Of a DNA stretch of 64,000 bases, positions 43,868 to 58,665 are shown piece by piece. Position 1 is the stretch's first letter. Each line of letters opens with the position of its first letter. The translations under genes were made by a program, and so were the position numbers. Under the pieces are notes generated by a model that ran no database searches, was not told where the DNA came from, and saw only the letters and a program-made list of their open reading frames with translations. The stretch lies in the NCBI GenBank assembly GCA_964016885.1, contig OZ024753.1:23808001-23872000 (forward strand), given 5' to 3'. This stretch comes from Eledone cirrhosa. Taxonomy: Eukaryota.

Positions 43868-46800
43868 TCAGGATTTGGGCACCATGGCCCATTCGAGAAG
43901 AGAATTACTGTTTGCGGAGACATATCCGGGTGTGGGTGGTTTGTCCGGGATTACTTGGAGGAATTTGTCCAAAGACTTCTTGAATTCTGTGTGGTTAGTT
44001 TCTGTTTTGACGTGTCCTGGTGTGATGTTGAAGAGAGCAGGGCCAATTGAGGTGAAATAATTGTGCCGTATTGTTGTTATGAGTTGCGATATAGATTTTT
44101 GTATGGGACGGATAGCACGGGGCCCAAGCCTTGGGTGTATCTTGAAGGCGATGCCAACATCATTTGGGCAGTGATGATGGAACATTTTCCACATCATGCA
44201 GATAATATAACGCTCACGGCGACGTTGGAGTGAGTAAAGTTTCAGCTTTTCTAGTCGACCCCAGTAGTCAAGGTCTGACATGCCATCTATCTTTTTCGTG
44301 ATTGCCCTTTGAGGAGCTTCAAGTTTCATGATACTTTGTTTCGTGTGGGGAGACCACAGTGGACAACAGTATTCAAGGTGTGGTCGGGCAAAAGTAGAGA
44401 AGAGAAGGATAATGGTGTTGGGAATCTCTCGACTGGAAGGTTCTGAGGATCCAGGAACACATTCTGCGGGCCATGTCAACTTTGCTGCTTATATGCGTGG
44501 CCCAGCTTATGTTGCTGTCCATGGTTACTCCCAAGTCTCTGATGTTGTTAGATGCCACGAGAGTTTCCCCGGAGGGAAGGGAGTACGGGAGTTTCAGAGC
44601 ATCCTCTTTTCCAAAGTGGATCAGTTCGAATTTGTCTTCGTTCAGTAACATGTTGTTCTTTTCCGCCCATTGGGTAACAGCCAGTAGGTCTGACTGAAGG
44701 CTTATCCGGTCATCCACGCCATTGATGACCTTTTGGAGCTTGGAATCATCAGCGAAAATTTTAATGTTGCTGTGTTTGATGATGTCAGTGATGTCATTAA
44801 TATAGATGATGAAGAGAAGTGGGCCCAACACAGTGCCTTGTGGGACCCCACTACTGACTTTGGCTGGGCTGGATTTGACTCCTTCAACTACAACATGTTG
44901 GGTTCTGTTTGACAGGAAGCTCTTGATCCACTGCAGCAGCTTTCCAGTGACACCAATATTGGACAGTTTTCTCAGTAGAATGTTATGATCAACCCTGTCA
45001 AAGGCCTTGCTGAAATCAAGGTAGATAACATCAGTGTTGGAACCCTCTCCCAAGGCTCTCAAAATGTCATCAAAGTGATGCAGTAGCTGCGTCAGGCAAT
45101 CCCTTCCATTACGGAATCCATGCTGGTTGGAGTTCAGCATATTGTTACTCTCAAGGAAGTGGGTCATTCGCGATCTCACCACTCTCTCAAATACCTTAAT
45201 GATATGAGAGGTGAGTGAGATTGGACGGTAATTCATGGCAAGGGATTTGTTTCCTTTTTTGAAAACTGGGACAACAGACTGGGATAGAAGGTTTTCTGGC
45301 ACATATCCAGCATCCAGTGAGTTCCGCCACAGATTGGCAAAAGGAGATGCAAGTTGGTGTTGACACGCCTTCAAGACACAAGCAGGGAACCTATCGGGAC
45401 CTACTGCTGAATTATGCTTGATTTCCTTTATTGCCGCTAAGACATCAGGGGCGCCAAACGTTATGTCCGATAAGGTGTAATGGGGAGTAACATCGCCGAT
45501 ACAGCCCAGATCGGCCATATCAGGATTGCTGAAAACAGAGCAGTATTGTTTCTGCAGTATCTCACCCATGGATTTAGCATTGTCTTGAAGAGTGCCATTT
45601 TCATCAATTAGAGGGCCAACAGTAGAGCCAGTGATTTTGTGTTTTTTTGCAAATGAAAAGAACACTTTGGAATTGAGTTTGATCTTTTCAATGGCCCAGG
45701 CCTCTTCAGCTCTTCTCTGATTGTTGATGAGAGACATTATGTTGTTTTGGAGGTTATGTTTTTTAATCTCTAGTGATGAAATGGCAGTCAAGTTGATGTG
45801 TTGCTGCTGACAGTATTTCAGCTTGTTGATTTTTTTCTCTTAATTTTTCTGATGAGCGTTTTTCTATTTCTAGGGATTCTGCTCTTAGATTTGTTTATAG
45901 TTCTTAATGGCGTGTGTTTTGCACATATGTTTGTAACAGTGTCCACAAATGTCTGCCAGGACTTTTTGATGTTAGTGGGTGTATGAGTGTGCGTGAAGGA
46001 CCAGTCGACATGTGCAAGATCATGACTGATCGCTTCCCAGTTTGCATTGTGGAAATCCATAGCGTCAAACGGATGGACAGGAGAGATGACATTGGGTTTG
46101 TATATTGGACGGTGGAATCTCAGATCACAGATAACCATGTCATGATCAGAGAGTAGAGTGTTCTCCACTGCAATATTGTGGATATTGTCAGTGTGATTGC
46201 TGAAAATTAAGTCTAGGACGTTTTTGTGGCACCTCGTTGGTTCGAGCACCAGTTGGGATAGGAAGAAATCATCCATGAAGTCAAGAAGCGATTCCACTGC
46301 TTCCCTGTCAGAGGTTGAGGCAGAAGAACCTGGTGGCAGGCTGTTTGTGGACCAGTCAACTGCGGGGAGGTTGAAGTCCCCCATCATTAAGATGTTGTTA
46401 GGGTGACACTCTTGGATGAAACACTTTATGCTGTTGAGGCATTCCTTGAAGCATGGTACAGGCGTTTGGGGTGGCCTATAGAGCCCAACTACTATTAGGT
46501 TGTTGGTTTGACTGAATACAGTGACTGCTTCGCAGTATCCATTAGTTAATATGTTCATAGCCTCTGTTGAGAAAGAATTATGGACATAAATGGCAGTCCC
46601 GCCCTTTCTTCTGCCAGCGCGATCAGCACGGATGGCTTTGAAATTTTTCACTTTCATCTCGGCTTCCAAGTGGAGGTTACTGAGATGGGTTTCAGTGAGG
46701 ACGAAGAAAGGGATGTGGTTTGGATGCACATCAATCCAGTCCTCCAGGAATTTGAACTTCCATTTTTGAGTATTGGTGGATGGGCTGATGCCTTTGGCGT

Positions 46801-46882
46801 TAAGCAAAAATGTAGAGGCGAGAGTGGATGGTTTTAATTGTTTTGGTGTGTTGTTAATTTGTTTGTTTGTTAATGGCAGCAA
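43868..46882 (-). pseudogene. CR1 ORF2 (AP endonuclease + reverse transcriptase) split into three frames
   Basis: ORFs 45818-46882, 44373-45791 and 43868-44479. Confidence 0.9.
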
Positions 46883-47501
46883 TGGGAGTTTGTGCAGTGG
46901 GGTGATAGTGGAGGGTGGTGCTGGGTGATAGCTCGAATGTTTTTTTCCAGTTCTTTTGCCAGATTCATTATGGCTAAAAAAGAGGAAGAAGTTTCCTGTT
47001 TAGAAGACTGTTGGTGACTGTGGTAGTGGTCATTTTTATTTTTATGTAGGTTATGGTTTTTGTTTTTGCTTTTATTTTTAATTTTATTTTCATTTGTCCG
47101 ACGGGTCCCCGGGAGATGGGTAAAGGGACAATCCCGGTCTAAACACAATCTGTCTCGCAGGGAAAAGCGGCAGATTTGTGGATTCCTTGTTTGAGTTATT
47201 GGTGGTTGTGTTGGTGTTAAATTAGAGTATGTATTATAGTGGTGGCTGTTTGTGGGGATAGATCGTTTTGTCCTAGGTAAATGGGTGAATTTGCAGCCAC
47301 TATCCGTACATATTCTATAGCGTAGAGAGTAGCGGCAAATGATGGGGTTTCGAGTGGGTGGGTGTGTGGGTGTGTGTGTTGTGAGAGGTGTAGATGATGG
47401 TTTGAGTAGGATTTGACGACCTTTGTGGACTGTGGGAGGGAGAGTTCTTGTACTCGTATTAGAAGGTAATTTCCTTGAGATAGCAGTAGGACAAAGATGT
47501 T

Positions 47502-47544
<43 letters not shown>

Positions 47545-48091
47545 GCAGAGAAGAAGATGTTGGCAGTGGTGATGATTGGACTGCTGGGCCAGAGAAAGGA
47601 TGTGGCGTTTCCTGCTGTGAGACAGAGGCTACTGGGAGGTCAATAGTTTCATTTAGTAGATCGGCCATTGTTGATGAATCAAGGAGTGGTTCACACTGTT
47701 GTTGTTGTTGTCGTTGTTGTTGTTGTTGCTGTTGTTGTTGTAGCTGTTGTTGTTGTTGCCGTTGTAGCTGCTGTTGTTGTTGATGCTGCTGCTGGACAGC
47801 ATCCGAAGAAAAAACACACCGTAGTTTATGCAAATGTTTATTGATTAATTTAAAAGCAATTTCGATTTGCTTTAATTTATTTTGAATCTGTTGTTCAGAT
47901 CGGGTTTTCAAAAGTTGAACTGTACGTTTAGCAATGTCGTTCAGACATGAAGCATCTATGTCTTCTGTTTGGGTAAGGCAATGCCATGTGTTTATTAGAA
48001 TGTCGATTTCATTATCAGACCAGTTCTGTTTGGATTTTTGCTGGTTAGCCATTCTAGTTTTGAGTGTGTGTGTTTTAGTTAAGTATTTCAA
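46870..48091 (-). pseudogene. CR1 ORF1 (frameshifted): Myb/SANT-like N-terminus, polyQ, polyT, two CCCH zinc fingers
   Basis: WSDNEIDILINTW; Q and T tracts; manual translation CRYSLRYRICTDSGCKFTH and CRFSLRDRLCLDRDCPFTH. Confidence 0.7.
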
Positions 48092-48169
48092 TATATATAT
48101 ATTCTTTTGTTTTGTTTTGTTTTTTGTTTTTCTTGTGTGTGAGTGAGAAGAGTATATATATAAATATGA

Positions 48170-48275
<106 letters not shown>

Positions 48276-48518
48276 TCCGGTTATTTGAAATTAATTAAAT
48301 TAATGAAAAGACGAAAGTATATAATAATTTGTAGTTAAAGGAAAATGTACTCACAAGATGGTAAACACGTGGTTTCAAATATAGATGTGTGTAAATGTAT
48401 TAACCGGTCAATTTCTGTTTGTTTGGTTTTGTTTTGTGGTTTGGTTTTGTGGCTGTGTGACTTGCTGCTTACTCGGGGAGAGAAGTAAAAACACGTCTTT
48501 ATACTTCAACTGCTCATA

Positions 48519-48757
48519 CTATATATATGTATATATATGTATATATATATATATATATATGTATGTATATATATGTATAAATATATATATATGTATGTAT
48601 ATATGTATATATGTATATATATATATATGTAATGTATGTATATATATGTATATATTTATATGTATGCATATATGTATGTATATATATATATGTATATATT
48701 TATATGTATGCATATATGTATATATATATGTATGTATATATGTATATATTTATGTAC

Positions 48758-48812
<55 letters not shown>

Positions 48813-48937
48813 GTAATAAACAACATAATGTTGTTTATTACATAATAATAATAATTTATTACATAATAATAATAATTAAGCTCTGTTGCCTACATAGAGC
48901 ACTCTTTTTTCCTGGACTTTTCCGATGGAATTACTTC

Positions 48938-49005
<68 letters not shown>

Positions 49006-49408
49006 ATATGTATATGTATATGTATATATATGTATGTATATATGCATATATATATATGTATATATGCATATATATATATGTATATATGTATATATATATA
49101 TCTATATATGTATATATATATGTATATATATATATGTATATATATATATGTATATATATATGTATATATGTATATATATGTATATATATATGTATATATG
49201 TGTATGTATATATGTATGTATATATGTATATATATATGTATATATGTATATATATATGTATGTATATATGTATATATATATGTATATATATATATGTATA
49301 TATATATATGTATATATATATATGTATATATATATATATGTATATATATATATGTATATATGTATATGTATATATACATGTATATGTATATATAAATGTA
49401 TATATATG

Positions 49409-49439
<31 letters not shown>

Positions 49440-49558
49440 GGATATATATATGGATATAAATGTTTATGTATATATATATATATGTATATATATATGTATA
49501 TATGTATATGTATATATATATATGTATATGTATATATATATGTATATGTAAATGTATA

Positions 49559-49641
<83 letters not shown>

Positions 49642-49844
49642 GTATATATATATGTATATATATATATATATGTATATATGTATATATGTATATATATATA
49701 TGTATGTACATATGTATATATATGTATATATATATATAAGTATATATGTATATATATGTATATATATATATATGTATGTATATATATATAAATATATGTA
49801 TATGTATATATATATGTATATGTATATATAAATGTATATATATG

Positions 49845-49879
<35 letters not shown>

Positions 49880-49898
49880 GTGTATATATATATATATG

Positions 49899-49929
<31 letters not shown>

Positions 49930-49942
49930 GTATATATATATG

Positions 49943-49973
<31 letters not shown>

Positions 49974-50002
49974 GTATATGTATATATAAATGTATATATA
50001 TG

Positions 50003-50056
<54 letters not shown>

Positions 50057-50076
50057 TATGTATGTATATATGTATA

Positions 50077-50135
<59 letters not shown>

Positions 50136-50204
50136 ATATGTATATATATATATATATGTATGTATATATATATATATGTATATATATATATAAGTATATA
50201 TATG

Positions 50205-50275
<71 letters not shown>

Positions 50276-50473
50276 GTATATATATATGTATATATGTATA
50301 TATATATGTATATATGTATATATATGTATATATATATATGTATGTATATATGTATATATATGTATATATATATATAAGTATATATGTATATATATGTATA
50401 TATACATATATGTATGTATATATATATAAATATATGTATATATATGTATATATATATATATATATATGTATGT
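48519..50473. repeat. (TATATG)n/(TA)n complex tract containing a mini palindrome insertion (48809-48940)
   Basis: Directly visible. Confidence 0.93.
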
Positions 50474-53400
50474 ATCAGTAAAAAAATCCTAGACAAAATC
50501 ATCCCACAGATTAAACACAAGATTTACCTTAAGCAATGGGGAAATACGGGTGAAGTGATTGAATGGTTCAAAAATATCATAGATAACAAGGATAAAATAT
50601 TTATCCAACTTGATATCAACTCTTACTACACCTCTATTTCCCCTATTTTACTAAATAAGGCACTTATAATGGCCATGGACAATAGTGACTTGACTAGACC
50701 CCAGATTGATGTCATACTTGCGGCCCGTAAAACAATAATCACCTTTGAGGACCAATTATGGACCCGCAAGGATACGCAAAACAACTTCGACATTACTATG
50801 GGGTCTAGTGACTCGGCGCAGGTCACTGATTTGGTTGGCCTATACTTACTTAACCTAATCCACAGGGAACTTCCGTACCTCAGCGGTGGTTTGTATCGCG
50901 ATGATGCACTCCTACTTATAGACTATAACAAATTCAATATAGAAAGGACTAGAAAACTATTGCACAAAACATTCAAAAACTTTAACCTTAGTATTACCAT
51001 GGACAAAAACACCAAAAACGTCAACTTCCTAGACGCCACACTCTACTTAGACTCAATGATATATGCACCTTTCCACAAACCTAATGAAAAACTCATCTAC
51101 GTAGATACCAAGTCTAACCACCCTAAATCTATATTGAACTCTATCTCTAAGGGAGTATCTAATAGAATCTCTAATCTATCCTATGACATAAACACATTTA
51201 ACAATAACTCGCAGTATTATAATCAGGCATTAGCTAGATCAGGCCATAATACAGGGATAGAGTTCCTACCTACAAAAACACATAGCTACAACATCATTTC
51301 ACACAACATGTCCATGAGAAAATTTAATAATAAGAATAGCAACTGCACACACACTAATAGGGATTGTAACAACAAGAGTAACCCGCACCACAGAAATGAC
51401 CATAGGAACATTAAAGGAAACAAATCACCAGACATAAAAAACATAAAAAACAGAAATAGAAGAAGAAATAATACATTTTTCAACCCTCCTTTCAATTTAA
51501 ACGTCTCTACCAACCTTCCTAGGGCTTTCTTCTCACTACTAGATAAACACTTCCCATCCGGCCACAGGTACCACGGCCTTTTAAACAAAAACACTATTAA
51601 GATCTCATACTCTACTACGCCTAACTTAGCATACCACATAGCTAGTACAAATAAAAGAAAAATTAATTCTTACTTCCAACAAACTAAATCACAACGGTCG
51701 ATAAACCTTCAAAATAACATTCAAAATGACAGTCAAAGTAACATTATAACAAATAACCGTAATATCAATGGAAATAGTAGTAATAGCACTAGTGTAAACA
51801 TTAACGCTGCGTACCACAACCCGCATAACCATAACCCTATAGCTAACCTCCAAACTTCTACACAGCATAGTAACCGGCAGACTAGCACCCAGAGTAATTG
51901 TAACTGTAGATCAAGTAGAACCTGCCCTTTAGATGAAAAATGCTTAACCAAGGATATCATATACTCATGTACAGTCACAACTAACAGCTCTTCTGAAACC
52001 TACATAGGCTCCACTTCTAACTGCTTCAAAACTAGATACAATTCGCACCTCCACTCTTTCAAAATCACAGTCTAGCCAACTCCACTTCACTATCTAGCTA
52101 CATACACTATCTAAAAACTAAAAATAAAATATATACACTTAAATGGGGAGTGGTAGGTAGTGCAACATCGTACAAACCACCTGATAAATTTTGTAAACTC
52201 TGTCTACTAGAGACCCATACTATCATCTTCTCTAAACATAATCCCCTTAATAAAAAATCAGAAGTGTTCGCAAATTGCCAACACCGCTTCCGACACTCGT
52301 TCCAAAACTTTAAACCCTATATATAATAATGTCAGACTGGAACCGGCACCACTCCTAGCAATTAACATCAGTAGCACACCTTACACCTCACATCCACACC
52401 CATCTCTATACCCTAAAGATAATACTGACAGCATTTGAGTGCCACCTACCCTGGGAATACCCCCTTGTACCTCTAATACTGATATCCCGACCGTGGACTA
52501 CTTATTCTGCATTGCACAAATATAAGATTAGTATAAACTGGGGACACGGTACTCGTTGTGATAGCATAGTCCTGTGCATAGATTACCACCAAGAGATAGA
52601 TTGATGATTAGATAGATAATCGTATTGTTAAGTGAGTATATACTGTAAGCGATCAGTTAATTGAATTATGAACGTAATCATCTTGATGTGGACTCCTTTA
52701 ATACCTATTAATAGACTCCACTCTAGCTTGGAAATGTGATACATAATTGATTTATATTTGAGACGGGGGTTGTCTATTACCTGATGGCCAGACTAGTGCG
52801 TTTATATGAGAGATCGGATCTCCGGACCATACCGAAGATTTACTGGAGATGCAGGCAAGCAATGACCCGGAGCCTACCGGGTGGCATATATAATAGCGGG
52901 ACCATACCAGGTCCTACTGTTGTATTACATTTGCATGGAGCAGTGACTTGAGAGTCCGACTCCTCTTATAGAACGTTCAGATATGACACCCCTTAATTAT
53001 TGGTTGGCAATCATCCTAGTATATACACCCTTGTACTTCTTAATGAACAACTCTCTAACTTATAAATGGGTACCATACTCTAGATATTAGTTATAACTTC
53101 ACATGATAGGCACGTATTTGAATCACCATTAATGTAGTTTAGCATAGTAATGTAACTAAAATAACTAGCTGGTTACCTCCCCTTACGCATTAATTCCCCT
53201 TAATCATTCAGGCACTTCCGGAATTTGGACAGCATGATATATTAATTAAGAACCGACTGGATACCGTTTATAGCTTGACTATATGCTGAACCACTGCGAA
53301 TTATACGATAGACGCGTGTTCTCTATATATATATTGCGTCTCATGGATTATGTGACTGGTGGTGTGAGCAAGGACAGTGGTACGACCTTGCCTACGATAC

Positions 53401-53958
53401 AATAAGGTTTATAGAATGTTGAAGGTTTTTGATATTTCGGTGTTTCCCCGCATCCGAGACTGTATATCATACAGATGTATGAGAATTAATGACTTATTAA
53501 TTCAGCCTATATTATTAGATCGATTGCCTGCTTCAACTGCCTGACCCTGCAAATATCATTCTGACGCACTCTAATAATGTATAGATAAGACAAGCGTGCA
53601 TGCTACACGGGAGATTGCTTCATGCACTGACTACTCTAAGCTTTCCTCTTGCTTTATCTTCATAGACTACCAACGCTTCATGTTTATCTTTATTTTCACT
53701 CTTGCTTTTATTTTATTTTATTTTATTTTATTTTATTTTTATCATGTAACACTTTATATGTAAATTGCCATGCTGTTTCATTTGATGAATGTCACCCCAC
53801 TGTTGATCAATATGCGCATATGTTTTATGTGTCTCTTGGGTTGAAAAGGAGGTCAAGTATGTTATAAATAGTTGCACCGAAGAATCCAAACCTCGGTTTG
53901 GAGGAAACAATTGTAAGCAAATAAATGACTTAAACTGAACTTTGATTACTGTAATCTC
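50474..53958 (+). mobile_element. 5'-truncated Naiad-like PLE: RT+GIY-YIG (50474-~52329, frameshift near 52065), ~1.5-kb 3' UTR, pLTR with HHR variant 53872-53920
   Basis: QLDINSYY, FDITMGSSDSAQVTDLVG, GLYRDD, CNCRSSRTCPLDEKC, YIGSTS; the downstream frame gives CKLCLLE..CQHR. TTGCA-CCGAAGA-ATCCAAACC(TC)GGTTTGGAG-GAAA-CAATTG-TA-AGCAA. Confidence 0.9.
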
Positions 53959-54000
53959 TATATGTATGTATATATGTATGTGTATATATATATATGTATG

Positions 54001-54039
<39 letters not shown>

Positions 54040-54143
54040 ATATGTATATATATGTAAGTATATGTATATAAATATGTATGTATATGTATATATATATATG
54101 TATGTATATGTATATATATATGTATGTATATGTATATATATAT

Positions 54144-54174
<31 letters not shown>

Positions 54175-54354
54175 TATGTATATATATGTATGTATATATG
54201 TATATGTATATGTATATATTTATATATATATATGTATGTATATATGTATATATGTATGTATATATTTATATATATATGTATATATATATATGTATGTATA
54301 TATGTATATATATATCTATGTATATGTATATATGTATATATATATATGTATATG

Positions 54355-54399
<45 letters not shown>

Positions 54400-54682
54400 G
54401 TATATATATATATATATGTATGTATATATGTATATATATGTATATATATGTATATATATATATGTATGTATATATATGTATAAATATATATATATGTATG
54501 TATATATGTATATATTTTTATATATATATATGTAATGTATGTATATATATATATATGTATATATTTATATGTATGCATATATGTATGTATATATATATAT
54601 GTATATATTTATATGTATGCATATATGTATATATATATGTATGCATATATGTATATATTTATGTACATATATATATATATGT

Positions 54683-54728
<46 letters not shown>

Positions 54729-55104
54729 TATGTATATATATGTATGTATATATGCATATATATATATATGTTTATATGCATATATGTATATGTATATATG
54801 TATATATATATGTATATATGTATATATGTATATATATATGTATATATATATATATGTATATATATATGTATATATGTATATATATATGTATATATGTATA
54901 TGTATATATGTATGTATATATGTATATATATATGTATATATGTATATATATATGTATGTATATATGTATATATATATGTATATATATATATGTATATATA
55001 TATATATGTATATATATACGTATATATATATATGTATATATATATGTATATATGTATATGTATATATATATATATGTATATGTATATATAAATGTATATA
55101 TATG

Positions 55105-55153
<49 letters not shown>

Positions 55154-55270
55154 GTATATATATGTTTATGTATATATATATATGTATATATATATATGTA
55201 TATATGTATATGTATATATATATGTATATGTATATATATATGTATATGTATATATAAATGTATATATATG

Positions 55271-55323
<53 letters not shown>

Positions 55324-55335
55324 ATGTATATATAT
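53959..55335. repeat. (TATATG)n complex tract
   Basis: Directly visible. Confidence 0.95.
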
Positions 55336-55593
55336 ACAGTATTTACGTATCGAGAAAGAGAAAAAAAAGGGGAGGATAGATGATACATATAGTTATTTGC
55401 CAAGTAACGTAGTGCCGGCAGTATTAAATATTCGAAGTGTTAATATTTAGTGGTCTAGAGAGTTAGCAGAGCGTAAGCACGTGGGAAAGTAAAAAATCGG
55501 AGAATAGACCGTTAAAACATGTTTATTTAAAACAGCACCTACGTACTTTTCGCCCAGTTGGGCTTCTCAAGGGCATAAATAATCAAAAGTATG
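55336..55593 (-). mobile_element. Solo pLTR remnant with U3-A8 HHR variant (55535-55574); a fragment also occurs at ~22388-22427
   Basis: Minus strand GCCC-TTGAGAA-GCCC(AACT)GGGC-GAAA-AGTACG-TA-GGTGC. Confidence 0.62.
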
Positions 55594-55620
55594 TATATAT
55601 AAATGTATATATATATACAT

Positions 55621-56171
55621 GTGGTCGGGTCGTTGGCGACTAAACTGGCAAGCCCACCAAGGTTTCTTGGTGAGGAGGATGACTTTGGAATCCTGCAGGA
55701 CTAAAAACAAAACCTGTCAAAGGGTAAAGGAGCTCTTAAGAGTCAATGGCCATCCAAAATCAACGGGAGAGATGACCCCTTAGCCTTTGTCAAGGCAGAA
55801 TTCTAGAAGGAAAACTCTGATATAACACCTGCAACCCTGATGGTATCCAATGACGTTGACTTGTTCTTCTTTTTGGTAAATATCATCTCGGTTAAGAGAG
55901 TGGGACTGGCTTTGTGCAGTGCCTTTGCTCACTATAAAAGCTTCACAGCGCAGGCATTGCTTTGTATCTGGAAATCTCTCTGCACTTTTCGTCACCTGGT
56001 ACCATGGGCCCAGCACTATGTGTCAATAATTGTCACAAGTGTAGTGTTTGTACCAGAGATTTCAAGTTGCTGGCTGGAATAAAAAGTCACACTCGTTCAG
56101 CGCATCGGTAGGGATTATCGTACATGGATATAAAGTAGTGGCCGTATTCGAAAACGAGTTGGCAGCCACCA
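55621..56171 (+). mobile_element. RTE-derived element copy 4 (5'-truncated, most diverged)
   Basis: Alignment to copy 1. Confidence 0.8.
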
Positions 56172-56339
56172 TATATATATATATATATGTATATGTATAT
56201 ATATATATGTATATATATATGTATATATATATGTATATATATATGTATATGTATATATATATGTATATATATATATGTATATATATGTATATATATATAT
56301 GTATATATATATGTATATGTATATATATATATGTATATG

Positions 56340-56370
<31 letters not shown>

Positions 56371-56594
56371 GTATATGTATATATATATGTATTTATATAT
56401 ATGTATATGTATATATATGTATATGTATATATATATGTATATATATATATGTATATGTATATATATATGTATATATATATGTATATGTATATATATATGT
56501 ATATATATATATGTGTATGTATATATATATGTAGATATATATATAGGTATATATATATATGTAGATGTATATATATATGTATATATATTTATGG

Positions 56595-56625
<31 letters not shown>

Positions 56626-56708
56626 TAAATATATGTATATAAATATATATGTGTAAATATATATGTATATATATATGTATATATATATATATGTGTATAT
56701 ATATGTAT

Positions 56709-56742
<34 letters not shown>

Positions 56743-56914
56743 ATGTATATGTATATATATGTATATATATATGTATATATGTATATATATATGTATATGT
56801 ATATATATATATGTATATATATATATGTATATATGTATATGTATATATATATATGTATATATATATATGTATATATATATATATGTATATATATATATAC
56901 ATATATATATACAC

Positions 56915-56946
<32 letters not shown>

Positions 56947-56956
56947 ATATATATTC

Positions 56957-57003
<47 letters not shown>

Positions 57004-57035
57004 CATATATATATACATATATATATATACATATA

Positions 57036-57440
57036 CAGCAAGATGTATGGTAGGTCGTATGTGAATCGCGATGATCACGTCTGACCTACCAAATATGTGA
57101 CGGTAGCTAGTTAAGCTCTATGCGTATAAGCAGAGCAGAAATATTAATGAAAAAGAACAAAGGAACTATTATGACATTATAACAAGTTTATTGCCGACTG
57201 CCGTTTCGTCCGACCATATGGTGGGAATTTTCAAGGCATATAACATGTGATTGTAAATTCATTATTTATATCAACGTATCACTTAAGACTAGCAGTTTGA
57301 AATTGTGGTATACATCAGCAGCTCCGCTTGTATATTTGGGGTCTATATTCTAAGGGGGCTCCTTTATATTAGTTGTCAGAATTGTAAAAGGGATGGGTTA
57401 TGGGAAGTTAAGAGAATTTGAAAATGTCCTGAGAGTCAGC
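57036..57440 (-). mobile_element. Solo pLTR remnant with U3-A8 HHR variant (57192-57238)
   Basis: Minus strand TGCC-TTGAAAA-TTCCCACCA(TA)TGGTCGGAC-GAAA-C(GGCA)G-TC-GGCA. Confidence 0.65.
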
Positions 57441-58281
57441 GATTGAAGGTGAAAAATTAGATAATTCATGATTTACGTATTAAATGTAAAAGGCTTGGGA
57501 TCTCGTAGAAGCACCCTAAAAATCCCTCAATAAGTGCATAAAGCTTACAAGCCCCAATAAATTTAACAAACTAAAAGAGATTAAGAGACTAATAAAATAA
57601 AATAAAAAAATAAAGATATAAAGTTTCCCTAAAAACTATAAAGTTTCCCAAGAAGTTCCCCCGAGAGAAAGAAATTGTTTTCGAAAAAAAAAACCTTCTT
57701 CCCCAGAGACCTCGTTAAAAATTTTTCGAAAATTTACGAAGTTTTGATAATCCCTACTAAGTTGAATGAAACTAATCAATTAAAGGTATATACATATATA
57801 TATACATATATATACATATACATATATATATACATATATATACATATATATATACATATATATACATGTACATATATATATATTTGCGGCCGGTTTGACC
57901 TACATCCCTCTGCCTCTATCTTTACTTCGGCCCTTGAAAAAATTGATTCCACATCATTCACTCTCATCCCAGGAACAGTTTTGGATAGCGCTAGTTCGTA
58001 ATTTAAATTCAAGAATTTTATATTCTTCGAATGAAAAGAACCTTCTGACGAGGACTTTTCTTTGCAACGAAGGCCGTTTATTTTTAGGATTCGAAACCGA
58101 TCGGTAAAGGTAACTATAGTAGGTAAAGTCAATTTTTTAAAATTTATTTTGAAACTTTTTCATTATTTGCTAAACCTTGTTTATATATATATACATATAT
58201 ATATGTATATGTATATATATATGTATATATATGTATATATATATATATGTATATATATATATGTATATGTATATATATATG

Positions 58282-58358
<77 letters not shown>

Positions 58359-58411
58359 GTATATGTATATATATATATGTATCTGTATATATATATGTGT
58401 ATATGCATATA

Positions 58412-58442
<31 letters not shown>

Positions 58443-58665
58443 GTATATATATATGTATTTATATATATGTATATGTATATATATATGTATATATATATGT
58501 ATATATATATGTATATGTATATATATATATGTATATATATATATGTATATGTATATATATATATATGTGTATATATATATATATATGTATAGATACATGT
58601 ATATATATATATATATAAATATATATATGTATATATATACATGGGTATATATATATATAAAGGAA

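Noticed and set aside
47459-48091. Host polyQ transcription factor exon
   Set aside because: It lies between the LINE 5' UTR and ORF2 in the same orientation, so it is better explained as ORF1.
57468-58180. LINE remnants (LNVKGLG at ~57481; minus ORF 57776-58132)
   Set aside because: Only very short motif similarity; insufficient support.
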